Part shown: piece by piece, positions 11,767-22,903 of the stretch
Layout of the letters: the number at the start of each line of letters is the position of its first letter
How positions within the stretch are numbered: the first letter of the stretch is position 1
From: an uncultured Bacilli bacterium
GTDB taxonomy: Bacteria; Bacillota_I; Bacilli_A; RF39; UBA660
Length of the DNA: 64,000 nucleotides
Assembly (NCBI GenBank): GCA_944368875.1
Contig: CALVXF010000022.1
Span: forward strand, 217-64,216
Reading direction: 5' to 3'
The notes under the pieces: generated by a model
Told to the model about the DNA's origin: nothing
Databases searched by the model: none
The model's input: only the letters and a program-made list of their open reading frames with translations
Position numbers and translations under genes: made by a program

Positions 11767-12969
11767 ATGGCAAGAAAGAAAAAAGAAATTGTCGAAGAAA
11801 AAGGAATGAATCCTAAAGAGTTTAAAAATGCGGTAAATCTTTTATGTAAAGAAAAAGGCATAAGTGAAGATATTATTTATGATGCGATGGAGTTAGCGCT
11901 TACTTCTGCTTATAAGAAAAATTATGCTATTCCTAATGCTCGTGTAGATATTAATAAAGAAACCGGTGAGATAAAAGTATTTTCTTATAAAACAGTTGTT
12001 AAAGATCCCGATGAATATGGATGTATTAATTACGATGAAATAGAAGCTTACTATAGTGAACATGAAGATGAACTAGATAACGAAGATTTTGAAGATATGA
12101 AAGAAATCATGTTTGATCCACGTATGCATTTAACTTTAGAACAAGCACGCAAGATTGCTCCTAATATCGAAATTGGTGAAACAATTGAAGAAGAAGTAAC
12201 ACCTCGTGATTTTGGTCGTGTTGCGGCTTCTACGGCTAAACAAGTTGTTGTTCAAAAAATTAGAGAAGCAGAACGCAATGTCATTGTTGAAGAATTTGGT
12301 GATAAACAAGATGAAATGCTAATTGGTAATGTTGCTATGGAAGATGAAAAAAACTATTACATTGATTTAGGTAGAACGCAAGGAATTTTACCAAAAAGTG
12401 AAATTATTCCAGGTGAGACAATCAAGATGGGTTCAAGTATTAAAGTATATGTTACCAAGGTTGATAATAACAGCAAAGGTTCGCTTATTCTACTTAGCCG
12501 TAAACATTATGGTTTTGTTAAACGTTTATTTGAACTTGAAATACCGGAAATTAATGAAGGAACTATTTTAGTTCATGGTGTAGCTCGTGAAGCAGGTAAT
12601 AGAAGTAAGATTGCTGTTGAATCAATTAATCCAAATGTTGATCCAGTTGGAGCTTGTATTGGCGAAAAAGGAATGCGTATTGCTAATATATTAAAAGAAT
12701 TAGGTCGTGAAAAAATTGATGTTATTCCTTATGATAAAGATCCTGCTAAGTATATCGCTAATGCTTTATCGCCAGCTAAAGATTTAACTATTTTGGTGCT
12801 TGATGAAAATAAAAATGAAGCTATGGCTATTGTTAATGATGAAAACCTATCTTTAGCAATTGGTAAAAAAGGGCTTAATGTTCGTTTAGCCTCACGTTTA
12901 ACTCACTATAAAATCGATGTTAAAACCCAAGCTCAAGCAAGTGAAGCAGGTATTAATATTAGAATGTAG
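11767..12969 (+). CDS. nusA: transcription termination/antitermination factor NusA
   Basis: NusA N-terminal domain, S1 and two KH domains (GACIGEKGMRI). Conserved nusA-ylxR-infB-rbfA order. Confidence 0.92.
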   Translation: MARKKKEIVEEKGMNPKEFKNAVNLLCKEKGISEDIIYDAMELALTSAYKKNYAIPNARVDINKETGEIKVFSYKTVVKDPDEYGCINYDEIEAYYSEHEDELDNEDFEDMKEIMFDPRMHLTLEQARKIAPNIEIGETIEEEVTPRDFGRVAASTAKQVVVQKIREAERNVIVEEFGDKQDEMLIGNVAMEDEKNYYIDLGRTQGILPKSEIIPGETIKMGSSIKVYVTKVDNNSKGSLILLSRKHYGFVKRLFELEIPEINEGTILVHGVAREAGNRSKIAVESINPNVDPVGACIGEKGMRIANILKELGREKIDVIPYDKDPAKYIANALSPAKDLTILVLDENKNEAMAIVNDENLSLAIGKKGLNVRLASRLTHYKIDVKTQAQASEAGINIRM

Positions 12970-12976
12970 GTGAGGT

Positions 12977-13222
12977 ATGAAAAAAATTCCTATGCGTACG
13001 TGTGTCGTAACACGTGAGAAATTTCCTAAAGGAGAACTAATTAGAGTAGTTCGCACACCTGATAATCAAATTATTATTGATTTAACGGGTAAAGCTAATG
13101 GACGTGGAGCTTATTTAAAAAACGATCGTGATGTTATTTTAAAAGCCCAAAAGACAAAAATTTTAGATCGTCATCTAGAGATGAAAGTTCCAGATGCAAT
13201 ATATGAAGAATTATTAAAATAA
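12977..13222 (+). CDS. ylxR: YlxR/DUF448 family protein (putative RNA-binding, nusA operon)
   Basis: Conserved RTCVVTRE..GRGAY motif. Sits between nusA and infB. Confidence 0.8.
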   Translation: MKKIPMRTCVVTREKFPKGELIRVVRTPDNQIIIDLTGKANGRGAYLKNDRDVILKAQKTKILDRHLEMKVPDAIYEELLK

Positions 13223-13237
13223 GAAAGAGGTGATCTT

Positions 13238-15334
13238 ATGATGTCAGTTTCTGAATACGCTTTAGATGTTTCAAAAACACCTGAAGAAATATTGAAACTA
13301 GCTATATCTTTAGGCTTTGATGTAAAAGATGTAGATGATTTATTAGATGATTATATGATTACAGAACTTGATAGTGCAATATCATCAGGTAACAATTTAG
13401 AAGAAGTTATTGAAGAAGAAATTGCTCTTTTTGAGGAAAATATTTCCAAAGAGGAAAATGTTAAAGAAAAATATAAGACTAATAATTCTAATAAAAAGAA
13501 AAACATTTCTAGTAATAAAAAAGATTTGGCTAATCGTAAAAAAGAAATGTATAAAAACAAAACTAAATTACAATCAAATACTACCAAACAAGATAATATC
13601 GTTTTATATAGTGAAGGTATGACAATAGGTGATTTTGCTAAAGAATTAAATGTTTCTCCAGCTGAAGTCATTAAAAAGTTATTTATGTTAGGAGTTATGT
13701 CTAACATAAACAATACTATTTCGCTAGAAAATGCTGAACTTATTTGCTTAGATTATAACAAAGAATTAAAACGCAAAGAAAAAGCAGATGTTACTAATTT
13801 TGAGGAATATGAAGTAATTGATAATCCTGAAGATTTAGTTTCTAGACCTCCAGTTGTTACAATTATGGGTCATGTCGATCATGGTAAAACAACCCTTCTA
13901 GATACTATTCGTAAAACTAATGTTGTATCAACAGAAGCAGGTGGAATTACTCAAGCAATTAGTGCTTATCAAGTCATTTATAATGATTCACCTATTACTT
14001 TTATTGATACCCCAGGTCATGCAGCTTTTACTGAGATGCGTGCTCGTGGTGCTCAAATAACAGATATCGTTATTATTATAGTTGCAGCTGATGATGGGGT
14101 TATGCCACAGACAATGGAAGCTGTTGATCATGCCAAAGCAGCTGGTGTACCAATCATTGTAGCTATTAACAAAATGGATAAACCTGGAGCTAATCCAGAA
14201 CGCATTATGGCTGATTTATCAGAAATGGGTCTTACTCCTGAAGAGTGGGGTGGAGACACTTTATATAATAAAATTGTAGCTCAAACAGGTGAAGGAATTA
14301 ATGAATTATTAGAAAATATCCTACTTGTTGCTTCAATGCAAGAACTAAAAGCAAATCCTAAACGTTATGCAATGGGAACTGTTGTTGAAGCTAGACTAGA
14401 TAAGCATTTAGGACCAGTAACTACAATTCTAATCCAAAACGGAACACTTCGTTTAGGAGACCCTATCGTTATAGGACATTCCTATGGTAAAGTTCGAACA
14501 ATGCGTAATGATAAAGGCGAAGAGATTATGGAAGCTAAACCATCTCTTCCGGTTGAAATTACAGGTATCAACGATGTTCCAATTGCTGGTGATAAATTTA
14601 TGGCTTTTGAAACCGAAAAAGAAGCACGTAGTATTGGTGAGACAAGAAAAACCCAAGCTCGTCTAAAAGAAAATGCAGGGGTTGGAATTGTCACCTTAGA
14701 TGCTTTATTCAGTAAAATTCAAGAAGGCGTAAAAGAAATCAATGTAATTGTTAAAGCAGATGTCAATGGTTCTAGTGAAGCTGTTAAAAATGCTTTAGAA
14801 AAAATCGAAGTTGAAGGGGTTAAAGTCAAAGTTATTCGTAGTAGTGTTGGAGCAATTACGGAAAGCGATATCGTTTTAGCAAAAGCTTCTAATGCTATTA
14901 TTATTGCTTTTAACATTCGACCAAATAACACAATTAAAGAACGCGCCAAAGAAGATGGTGTGGAAATAAGACCATATAATATTATTTATAAAGCTGTTGA
15001 AGAAATGGAACAAGCGATGAGAGGTATGTTAGATCCCGTTTATGAAGAAAAAGTAATTGGAGAAGCTGAAGTTCGTCAATTATTTAAATTTTCTAAAGTT
15101 GGTGTAATCGCTGGTTCTTATGTTACTAATGGTATTATTAAAAATAATGCTAAAGCACGTTTAATTCGTGAAGGTGTAGTTGTATATGATGGTAATATAG
15201 GTTCATTACAACGCGAAAAAGATGCTGTTAAAGAAGTTAAAAAAGGTCTTGAATGTGGTATTACAATTGAAAATTTTGCAGATATCAAAGTAGGCGATAT
15301 AATCGAAGCCTATGAGATGGTTGAAGTTAAATAA
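13238..15334 (+). CDS. infB: translation initiation factor IF-2
   Basis: G-domain motifs [14 protein letters not shown] and NKMD. K-rich low-complexity N-terminus. Confidence 0.95.
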   Translation: MMSVSEYALDVSKTPEEILKLAISLGFDVKDVDDLLDDYMITELDSAISSGNNLEEVIEEEIALFEENISKEENVKEKYKTNNSNKKKNISSNKKDLANRKKEMYKNKTKLQSNTTKQDNIVLYSEGMTIGDFAKELNVSPAEVIKKLFMLGVMSNINNTISLENAELICLDYNKELKRKEKADVTNFEEYEVIDNPEDLVSRPPVVTIMGHVDHGKTTLLDTIRKTNVVSTEAGGITQAISAYQVIYNDSPITFIDTPGHAAFTEMRARGAQITDIVIIIVAADDGVMPQTMEAVDHAKAAGVPIIVAINKMDKPGANPERIMADLSEMGLTPEEWGGDTLYNKIVAQTGEGINELLENILLVASMQELKANPKRYAMGTVVEARLDKHLGPVTTILIQNGTLRLGDPIVIGHSYGKVRTMRNDKGEEIMEAKPSLPVEITGINDVPIAGDKFMAFETEKEARSIGETRKTQARLKENAGVGIVTLDALFSKIQEGVKEINVIVKADVNGSSEAVKNALEKIEVEGVKVKVIRSSVGAITESDIVLAKASNAIIIAFNIRPNNTIKERAKEDGVEIRPYNIIYKAVEEMEQAMRGMLDPVYEEKVIGEAEVRQLFKFSKVGVIAGSYVTNGIIKNNAKARLIREGVVVYDGNIGSLQREKDAVKEVKKGLECGITIENFADIKVGDIIEAYEMVEVK

Positions 15335-15344
15335 CAGATATATG

Positions 15345-15373
15345 TAAAGTGTTGCACATGCAACACTTTTTTG
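15345..15373 (+). terminator. rho-independent terminator after infB
   Basis: Palindrome GTGTTGCA-cat-TGCAACAC followed by TTTTTT. Confidence 0.6.
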
Positions 15374-15418
15374 ATAAGGAATATGCTATAATTAGTGGTA
15401 ACGATAGGAGGAAATAAG

Positions 15419-17644
15419 ATGACAGAATGGAAAAATTTTAAAGAAGGAAAATGGTGTAGTGAAGTCGATGTTCGCGATTTTATTATGCATAATTATAAAG
15501 AATATACGGGAGATGATTCTTTTTTAACTAAAACAACTGAAAAGACTAATCGTGTTTGGGCAAAATGTCTAGATTTATTAAAAGAAGAATTAAAAAAAGG
15601 TGTTTTAGATATCGATGTAGATCATATATCGGGTATTGATAATTATGAACCGGGATATATTGATAAAGATAATGAAGTAATTGTTGGGCTTCAAACTGAT
15701 GCACCTTTAAAAAGAATTGTAAATCCTTATGGTGGTATTAGAATGGTTTATGCTTCATTAAAAGCATATGGCTATGAATTAAATAAAGATATTGATAGTA
15801 AATTTAATGAATATCGTAAAACACATAATCAAGGGGTTTTTGATGTCTACACAGACCAAATAAGAAAAGCTCGTCATGTAGGTTTGATTACAGGCTTACC
15901 TGATGCTTATGGTCGTGGTCGTATTATTGGGGATTATCGTCGTGTTGCTCTATACGGGATAGATTTCTTGATGGCTGAAAAGAAAAAAGAATGGGATCAA
16001 CCAGTTGCTTGTATGGATGAAGACACTATTCGTTTACGTGAAGAGATGTCAGAACAATATCGTGCTTTAGAAAAAATTAAAAAAATGGCACTTCGCTATG
16101 GCTATGATATATCTAAACCAGCCAAAGATGCTCGTGAAGCTGTCCAATGGCTATATTTTGGTTATTTGGCAGCCATTAAAGAAAACAATGGTGCGGCTAT
16201 GAGTTTAGGGAGAACTTCAACTTTCTTAGATATCTATATCGAAAGAGATTTAGAAGAAGGAAAAATAACAGAACAAGAAGCTCAAGAATTAATTGATCAA
16301 TTTGTTATTAAATTACGTATGGCTCGTCACTTGCGAACACCAGAATATGATGAATTATTCTCAGGTGATCCAACCTGGGTAACAGAAGCAATTGGTGGTA
16401 TGACAGAAGATGGTAAATCTTTAGTAACTAAAAACTCTTTCCGTTTTCTTCATACTTTAACTAATCTTGATTCTGCACCAGAACCAAATATGACAGTCTT
16501 ATGGAGTCAAAATTTACCAGAAAACTTCAAAAAATACTGTGCCAAAATGAGTATCGCAACAGATTCTATTCAATATGAAAACGATGATGTTATGCGTCCT
16601 CTTTATGGTGATGATTATGCTATCGCATGTTGTGTTTCTGCCATGCGTGTAGGCCGTGATATGCAATTTTTTGGAGCTCGTTGTAATCTTGCTAAAGCTT
16701 TACTTTATGCTATTAACGGGGGTATTGATGAAATTAAAGGTGATCATGTTATCGATGGTTTTGATATCATGAAAGATGAAATTCTAGATTATGATAAAGT
16801 TAAAAATAGTTATTATCAAATGCTAGAAAAAGTAGCAAGTATTTATGTTGATGCTATGAATATCATTCATTATATGCATGATAAATATGCTTATGAAGCA
16901 AGCCAATTAGCGCTACATGATACGCATATTCGCCGTCTTATGGCTTTTGGGGTAGCAGGCTTATCTGTTGCTGTTGATTCTCTATCAGCAATCAAATACG
17001 CTAAAGTAAAACCAATTCGTAATGAAGAAGGAATCGCTATTGATTTTGAAATCGAAGGTGATTATCCAAAATATGGTAATGATGATGATCGTGTTGATAG
17101 TATTGCCGTAGAATTATTAGATAAATTCTATAGTGAATTATGCAAACATCCACTTTATCGTCAAGCTAAACATACTTTATCTGTTTTAACAATTACTTCA
17201 AATGTGGTCTATGGTTCTAAGACAGGATCTACTCCTGATGGAAGAAAAGCTGGTGTTCCTTTCGCACCCGGGGCTAATCCAATGCATGAAAGAGATTTGA
17301 GTGGAGCTTTAGCTAGTCTAAACTCGGTTGCTAAATTAAAATATAAAGATTGTTGTCAAGATGGTATTTCTAATACTTTCTCAATTATTCCTGATGCTCT
17401 AGGTAAAGATGATACTTCAAGAGTTAATAATTTAGTTAATCTTTTAGACGGATACTTTGTACAAGGAGCTCATCATCTAAATGTCAATGTTTTAACTCGT
17501 GAAACATTAATCGATGCTATGAATAACCCTGAAAAATATCCATTACTAACAATTCGTGTCTCTGGCTATGCTGTTCGTTTTAATCGTTTAACTAGAAAAC
17601 AACAAGAAGAAGTTATTGCTCGTACTTTCCATGGTAAAATGTAA
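15419..17644 (+). CDS. pflB: formate C-acetyltransferase (pyruvate formate-lyase)
   Basis: Glycyl radical motif RVSGYAV near the C-terminus. Active site CC (AIACCVSAM). Start chosen at MTEWKNF after an AGGAGG RBS. Confidence 0.92.
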   Translation: MTEWKNFKEGKWCSEVDVRDFIMHNYKEYTGDDSFLTKTTEKTNRVWAKCLDLLKEELKKGVLDIDVDHISGIDNYEPGYIDKDNEVIVGLQTDAPLKRIVNPYGGIRMVYASLKAYGYELNKDIDSKFNEYRKTHNQGVFDVYTDQIRKARHVGLITGLPDAYGRGRIIGDYRRVALYGIDFLMAEKKKEWDQPVACMDEDTIRLREEMSEQYRALEKIKKMALRYGYDISKPAKDAREAVQWLYFGYLAAIKENNGAAMSLGRTSTFLDIYIERDLEEGKITEQEAQELIDQFVIKLRMARHLRTPEYDELFSGDPTWVTEAIGGMTEDGKSLVTKNSFRFLHTLTNLDSAPEPNMTVLWSQNLPENFKKYCAKMSIATDSIQYENDDVMRPLYGDDYAIACCVSAMRVGRDMQFFGARCNLAKALLYAINGGIDEIKGDHVIDGFDIMKDEILDYDKVKNSYYQMLEKVASIYVDAMNIIHYMHDKYAYEASQLALHDTHIRRLMAFGVAGLSVAVDSLSAIKYAKVKPIRNEEGIAIDFEIEGDYPKYGNDDDRVDSIAVELLDKFYSELCKHPLYRQAKHTLSVLTITSNVVYGSKTGSTPDGRKAGVPFAPGANPMHERDLSGALASLNSVAKLKYKDCCQDGISNTFSIIPDALGKDDTSRVNNLVNLLDGYFVQGAHHLNVNVLTRETLIDAMNNPEKYPLLTIRVSGYAVRFNRLTRKQQEEVIARTFHGKM

Positions 17645-18339
17645 TGCAAGGAAGTATTAATTCAATTGAAACCCTTGGCCTTTTAGATGGTCCAGGTATT
17701 AGAGTTGTTGTTTTCTTAAATGGCTGTCAATTGCGTTGTTTATACTGCCATAATCCTGAGATGTTAAATATGAAAAAAAATAATATGAGTGTCTCTGAAC
17801 TAGTTAGTAAAATAAAACGTTATCAACCATATTTTAAAAATAATGGAGGCGTTACTTTTTCTGGTGGCGAACCACTGTTACAATCAAAATTTTTACTAGA
17901 AGTATGTAAAGAATTAAAAAAAGACCATATTCATATTGCCCTAGATACTGCTGGTGTAGGATATGATTATGATGAACTATTAGATTACATTGATTTAGTT
18001 ATCTTTGATATTAAAGCTTTAGAACAAGATAAGTATCAACAATTAGTAAAACACGATATTAAAGATTCATTAGTATTTTTAGATAAATGTCAAAAAAGAA
18101 ATATACCGATGTGGCTTCGCCAAGTTATAGTGCCAGGAATTAATGATACAGAAGAATATATTTTAGAATTAAAAGAATTTATTCGTAAACTAAAAAATAT
18201 TGAAAAAGTAGAATTGCTTCCATATCACAATATGGCGATATCTAAATATCGTAAATTAGGAATACCTTATCCATTAGAAAATACTCCTCAAATGGATAAA
18301 GAAAGATGTAAAGAATTAGAACAATTATTAGTAAAATAA
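17644..18339 (+). CDS. pflA: pyruvate formate-lyase activating enzyme (radical SAM)
   Basis: CxxxCxxC radical SAM motif (CQLRCLYCHN). Translationally coupled to pflB. Confidence 0.9.
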   Translation: MQGSINSIETLGLLDGPGIRVVVFLNGCQLRCLYCHNPEMLNMKKNNMSVSELVSKIKRYQPYFKNNGGVTFSGGEPLLQSKFLLEVCKELKKDHIHIALDTAGVGYDYDELLDYIDLVIFDIKALEQDKYQQLVKHDIKDSLVFLDKCQKRNIPMWLRQVIVPGINDTEEYILELKEFIRKLKNIEKVELLPYHNMAISKYRKLGIPYPLENTPQMDKERCKELEQLLVK

Positions 18340-18376
18340 ATATATTCATGGTATACTAATATTAGAGGTGAAATCC

Positions 18377-18718
18377 ATGAGTATTAAAACAGAAAGAATA
18401 GGCGATATGTTAATTAGCGAAATAAGTTATATTATCGCTACTGAAGTAAAAAATAAAGATATCAACTTTGTAACAATTACTGATGTGAAAGTTACCAATG
18501 ATTTAAGTTATGCAAAAGTTTATTTTACTGTATTAGATGATACAAAAAAAGAAACTACTTTAAAAGCCTTAAAAAGTGCAAAAGGTTTTATTCGTAGCAT
18601 GTTACATGATCGGGTAGATATCAGATATATTCCTGAGTTGGAGTTTGTGTATGATGAATCAATTGCCTATGGTAAGAAAATCGAAAATATCATCGAAGAA
18701 TTACACGAAGAAAAATAA
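18377..18718 (+). CDS. rbfA: ribosome-binding factor A
   Basis: RbfA KH-like fold motifs. Start at MSIKTERI after a GAGGTG RBS; the track start at 18368 is a GTG inside the RBS. Confidence 0.85.
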   Translation: MSIKTERIGDMLISEISYIIATEVKNKDINFVTITDVKVTNDLSYAKVYFTVLDDTKKETTLKALKSAKGFIRSMLHDRVDIRYIPELEFVYDESIAYGKKIENIIEELHEEK

Positions 18719-18719
18719 T

Positions 18720-18960
18720 TGACTAAAAACTAGGGATATGTTAAACTATACTTGTTATTGAATGCGGAAGACTATTTAAAATATCAATTGGTAATTAGAA
18801 AGTTAGTGGTTGATGCAAACTAATCAAGATTGATATGGAAATTACATAGTTGGAGTTCAAACGTTACTTGCGTTAAAAGGAAAAGATATCGTCACGATAA
18901 ATTAAGGTGGTACCGCGGTTTTCGCCCTTAGCTTATAGTGACGTTTTTTATTTATAAGGA
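18720..18960 (+). promoter_or_regulatory. T-box riboswitch leader (presumably Tyr-specific) with promoter and terminator/antiterminator, controlling tyrS
   Basis: TTGACT-17-TAAACT promoter at 18720..18748. Conserved T-box sequence AATTAAGGTGGTACCGCGG at about 18901..18919. Terminator stem GTCACGATA..TATAGTGAC followed by a T-run. Confidence 0.8.
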
Positions 18961-18969
18961 GGAGATTAT

Positions 18970-20196
18970 ATGACATTGTTTGAAGAACTTACATGGCGTG
19001 GTTTAGTTCAAGATATTAGTGATCCAGAACTGATTGAAAAATTAAATAAAGGAGGATTAACTTTTTACATTGGTACTGATCCTACTGCTGATTCTATGCA
19101 TATCGGACATTATTCATCATTTTTAATTTCGAAAAGACTAGCTCGTGCTGGACATCATCCGATATTATTAGTAGGAGGAGCAACTGGTTTAATAGGTGAT
19201 CCAAAACCTACTTCTGAAAGACCGATGATTTCTAAAGAAGAAGTAGAACACAATTTTCAAGGATTAAAAGCCCAAGCAGAAAAAATATTTGGCTTTGAAG
19301 TTGTCAATAATTTTGATTGGACAAAAGATATTAATGTTATTGATTTTTTAAGAGATTACGGAAAGTATTTTAATATCAACTATATGCTTGCTAAAGATAA
19401 AGTAAAATCACGCTTAGAAAGTGGTATTACTTATGCTGAGTTTTCATATATGATTTTACAAGCTTTAGATTTTATGCATTTATATGAAACTAGAAATTGT
19501 ACTTTACAAGTAGCAGGTTCTGATCAATGGGGAAATATTACTTCTGGAATTGAATTAGTAAAAAAGAAACTAGGTAAAACAGTTTATGGAATGGTTATGC
19601 CATTAGTAACTGATTCCAATGGTGTTAAATTTGGTAAAACAGAAGGTAATGCACTATGGCTTGATAAAAATAAAACTTCTAGTTATGAGTTATATCAATA
19701 TTTGCTTAATCTAGAAGATTCTATGATTATTGAATATTTAAAGAAATTAACCTTTTTATCAAAAGATGAAATTGAAACATTAGAAAAACAAAACAGCGAA
19801 CATCCTGAGTTAAGAGAAGCCCATAAAGCTTTAGCACGCGAAATTATTACTGATCTACATGGTATTTCAGAATATCATAAAGCTGTTAAAATAAGTGAAG
19901 TCTTATTTAGTGGTGATATTAAAAAACTTGATTTAACAGAAATAGAAGAAGGATTTAAAGATGTTCCTAACTTTTCTATTAGTACCGAAGAAAATATTAT
20001 TGATTTTTTAGTTAATAATCAAATATGTTCTTCTAAAAGAGAAGCTCGTGAATTTGTAAGTACGGGTTCGATTACAGTTAATGGTGATAAAATAACGGAT
20101 GTAGAATATGTTGTTAGAAAAAAAGATGCGATTGAAAATAAAGTAGTTATCGTTCGTCGTGGTAAGAAAAAATACTATTTAGGTAAGTTTGATTAA
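18970..20196 (+). CDS. tyrS: tyrosine--tRNA ligase
   Basis: Class I HIGH (HIGH at residue about 45) and KFGKT (KMSKS-type) motifs. C-terminal S4 domain. Confidence 0.92.
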   Translation: MTLFEELTWRGLVQDISDPELIEKLNKGGLTFYIGTDPTADSMHIGHYSSFLISKRLARAGHHPILLVGGATGLIGDPKPTSERPMISKEEVEHNFQGLKAQAEKIFGFEVVNNFDWTKDINVIDFLRDYGKYFNINYMLAKDKVKSRLESGITYAEFSYMILQALDFMHLYETRNCTLQVAGSDQWGNITSGIELVKKKLGKTVYGMVMPLVTDSNGVKFGKTEGNALWLDKNKTSSYELYQYLLNLEDSMIIEYLKKLTFLSKDEIETLEKQNSEHPELREAHKALAREIITDLHGISEYHKAVKISEVLFSGDIKKLDLTEIEEGFKDVPNFSISTEENIIDFLVNNQICSSKREAREFVSTGSITVNGDKITDVEYVVRKKDAIENKVVIVRRGKKKYYLGKFD

Positions 20197-20202
20197 AAAA
20201 AA

Positions 20203-20226
20203 GATTTCCTTGGGAAATCTTTTCTT
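20203..20226. terminator. bidirectional terminator between tyrS and convergent rpsD
   Basis: Inverted repeat AAGATTTCC/GGAAATCTT flanked by A and T runs. Confidence 0.55.
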
Positions 20227-20227
20227 A

Positions 20228-20830
20228 TTATCTATTGTAGAATTCAACGATTAATGATTCATTAATTTCTGGATTTAATTCACCACGTTCAGGATATCTA
20301 ACATAAGTACCAGCTTTATTAGCATCATCATAAGTAACAAATTCAACACGTTTATTTTTAGCTTCTAAAGCTGCTAGAATAGCTGGATGTTCTTTAGAAC
20401 TTTCTTTAACAGCGATTACATCACCTGGTTTACAACGATAAGATGGAATATTAACTTTTTTACCATTAACAGTAATATGTCCATGATTAACTAATTGTCT
20501 AGCACCATTACGTGTAGTCGCAAATCCTAAACGATAAACTAAATTATCTAGACGACTTTCAAGTAATTTTAATAAATCTTCACCATGTACACCTTTTAAT
20601 TTACCAGCTTCAACGAAAGTTTTGTGGAATTGTTTTTCATTTAAACCATACATAAATCTAACTTTTTGTTTTTCTTGTAATTGAATACCATAGTTAGATA
20701 ATTTCTTTCCACGATCTTTTCCGTGTGCACCTGGAGCAAAAGGTTTACGAGCTAATTCTTTACCAGTTTCACTTGTAGAGAAGTTTAATCTTCTAGCTTT
20801 ACGATATTGTGGTCCAGTATATCTTGCCAT
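20228..20830 (-). CDS. rpsD: 30S ribosomal protein S4
   Basis: The MARYTGP..RRL N-terminus and S4 RNA-binding domain are unmistakable. Confidence 0.95.
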   Translation of the reverse strand: MARYTGPQYRKARRLNFSTSETGKELARKPFAPGAHGKDRGKKLSNYGIQLQEKQKVRFMYGLNEKQFHKTFVEAGKLKGVHGEDLLKLLESRLDNLVYRLGFATTRNGARQLVNHGHITVNGKKVNIPSYRCKPGDVIAVKESSKEHPAILAALEAKNKRVEFVTYDDANKAGTYVRYPERGELNPEINESLIVEFYNR

Positions 20831-21000
20831 ATTTTACCTCCTTCATATATTACAAATACGATTGAGGTTACTCGTCAAATAATAGGGTGTTTGTTTAAGT
20901 ATCTTCGCTTCGCAGCCTAGTTTTAAGTTACTAATATCCCTTGCGGTAACAAACACGTTATTAAATTCGAATAACGCTGCTTCACATTCGCACTATTAAT
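20831..21000 (-). promoter_or_regulatory. rpsD 5' leader (possible S4 autoregulatory structure) and promoter region
   Basis: Non-coding region of about 170 nt with GC-richer structured segments upstream of rpsD. S4 autoregulates via its leader in Firmicutes. This is inferred, not verified. Confidence 0.3.
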
Positions 21001-21126
21001 TATATATGCTAACCCTTATAAAGTCAACACAAAAATAAAAAACATCATTAAAAAAACGTACTAATTTAAAAAAACTAGAGATATTTGTCTAAATATGTGA
21101 TAAAATTAAAATACGAGGTGACATTA

Positions 21127-22845
21127 ATGAATAAAATAATACTTGTAATGACGACATTATTTTTACTGGCTGCCATCTTAATTGTTGCTGTATTGAATAT
21201 AATTCAAGGACATAAAAATAAAAAAATTAAAAAACGTCTTGAACAATTGGAAATTGAAAAAAATAAAATTGATAGTGCTCCTATCATGCCTGAATTATCT
21301 AAAATAGAAGCTTTTCTAAAAAATGAAAAAATAGAGATTTTATATAATGACTGGAAAAATCGTCTAAATGAAATAAAAAACACAGAAATACCAAAAATAA
21401 CAGATATGCTTTTAGATGCTGATTATTCTGTTTCAAAAATGGATTACAAAAATGCTTTATATAAGATTGCTAAATTAGAAATGCAATTATATAAGGTAAG
21501 ACAAAGTACTGATGAACTTTTAGATGAAATAAAAGAAATAACAACTAGCGAAGAACGCAATAGAGCAATTATAACTAAATTAAAGGCTAATTATCGTGAA
21601 TTATATCAAAAATATAATGATTCTAAAAGTGAATATGGTGATGTTGCCAATTCTGTTAATCTTCAATTTGAAAACATCGCTAAACGTTTTGAAGACTTCG
21701 AACGTGTAATGGAAAATAATGAATATACAGAAGTTACGGCTATTATTAAAGCAATTGATGAGATGTTAAAGCATATGACTGTTGTTGTTGAAGAAGTACC
21801 AGTTATTATTTTGATGGCAGATAGTATTTTGCCAAAAAGAATCAAAGAAGCAAGTGAAACTTATTCAGCAATGCTTAAATCAGGTTATCCACTAGATTAT
21901 TTAAATGTAGAGTACAATATCAATGAAGCTAATAAAAAAATTAGTGATATAAAAGATCGCGCAAAGGTTCTAAATCTTGAAGATAGTTTATTTGAACTTA
22001 AAATACTATTAGAATATTTTGATGGCCTATTCAATGATTTTGAAAAAGAAAAAAATGAACGAAAAGCTTATGAAGATGCAAGTTCAGCATTCAAAATAAG
22101 ATTAGAAAAAATGCAAAATCTTTTGAAAGATATTTTTAAACAAATCGATGACATTAAAACAGTTTATAATTTATCACCTGATGATATGCAGTTATTAAAC
22201 GAAGTAAACACTCAGATGCAAATACTGAGTGATGATTATAAAACTCTAATTGATCATACTGGTAATAATACTTTTGCATTTTCTAAATTGACAAAAGAAA
22301 TTGAGTTATTAGTTAATCGTTTAATTCTTTTAGAAGATAAATTAGATACTTCTTTAAATGTTATTGGTTCAATGAAAGAAGATGAAGTTCGTGCTCGTCA
22401 ACAACTTGAAGAAATTAAAAGTATTTTAAAAGATGCAAAACATAAAATACGGGAGTATAATTTCCCTGTAATTCCTCAGACTTATTATGTTGAACTTAAT
22501 GAAGCTAACGAAGCAATAAAAGAAATAGTTAAAGAATTAGACAAAAAACCAATTACTATTAGTGTTTTAAATACCCGTGTTGATACAGCTCGTGATTTAG
22601 TCTTAAAACTATATAGTCGAACTAAAGACTTAATTAAAACTGCTCGTTTTTCTGAAATGGCTATTGTCTATGGTAATCGTTATCGTTCTAGTTATGAGGA
22701 GATTGATAAACATCTAAATTCTTCTGAAGTATTATTTAATCGTGGCGAATATACTAAGTCTTTAGAATTAACGATAAATGTTTTAAATCGTCTAGAACCA
22801 GGTATATACGATAAATTAACAAGATTATATCAAGAACAAAAGTAA
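21127..22845 (+). CDS. ezrA: septation ring formation regulator EzrA
   Basis: Single N-terminal TM followed by a long coiled-coil of about 560 aa. Conserved ezrA...thiI neighbourhood. Start at MNKIIL after a GAGGTG RBS. Confidence 0.8.
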   Translation: MNKIILVMTTLFLLAAILIVAVLNIIQGHKNKKIKKRLEQLEIEKNKIDSAPIMPELSKIEAFLKNEKIEILYNDWKNRLNEIKNTEIPKITDMLLDADYSVSKMDYKNALYKIAKLEMQLYKVRQSTDELLDEIKEITTSEERNRAIITKLKANYRELYQKYNDSKSEYGDVANSVNLQFENIAKRFEDFERVMENNEYTEVTAIIKAIDEMLKHMTVVVEEVPVIILMADSILPKRIKEASETYSAMLKSGYPLDYLNVEYNINEANKKISDIKDRAKVLNLEDSLFELKILLEYFDGLFNDFEKEKNERKAYEDASSAFKIRLEKMQNLLKDIFKQIDDIKTVYNLSPDDMQLLNEVNTQMQILSDDYKTLIDHTGNNTFAFSKLTKEIELLVNRLILLEDKLDTSLNVIGSMKEDEVRARQQLEEIKSILKDAKHKIREYNFPVIPQTYYVELNEANEAIKEIVKELDKKPITISVLNTRVDTARDLVLKLYSRTKDLIKTARFSEMAIVYGNRYRSSYEEIDKHLNSSEVLFNRGEYTKSLELTINVLNRLEPGIYDKLTRLYQEQK

Positions 22846-22866
22846 TACGACGTATTACTTTTTTTC
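22842..22866 (+). terminator. terminator after ezrA
   Basis: GTAATACG/CGTATTAC hairpin followed by a T-run. Confidence 0.5.
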
Positions 22867-22903
22867 AAATTATGGTATAATATCCTAGTTTGGAGGAGAA
22901 AAT

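Noticed and set aside
13351-13713. Antisense and alternative-frame ORFs inside infB (13351..13713 -, 13410..13622 +, 14453..14949 cluster)
   Set aside because: They lie entirely within the strongly supported infB coding frame. The proteins are K/I/L-rich low-complexity translations of AT-rich DNA.
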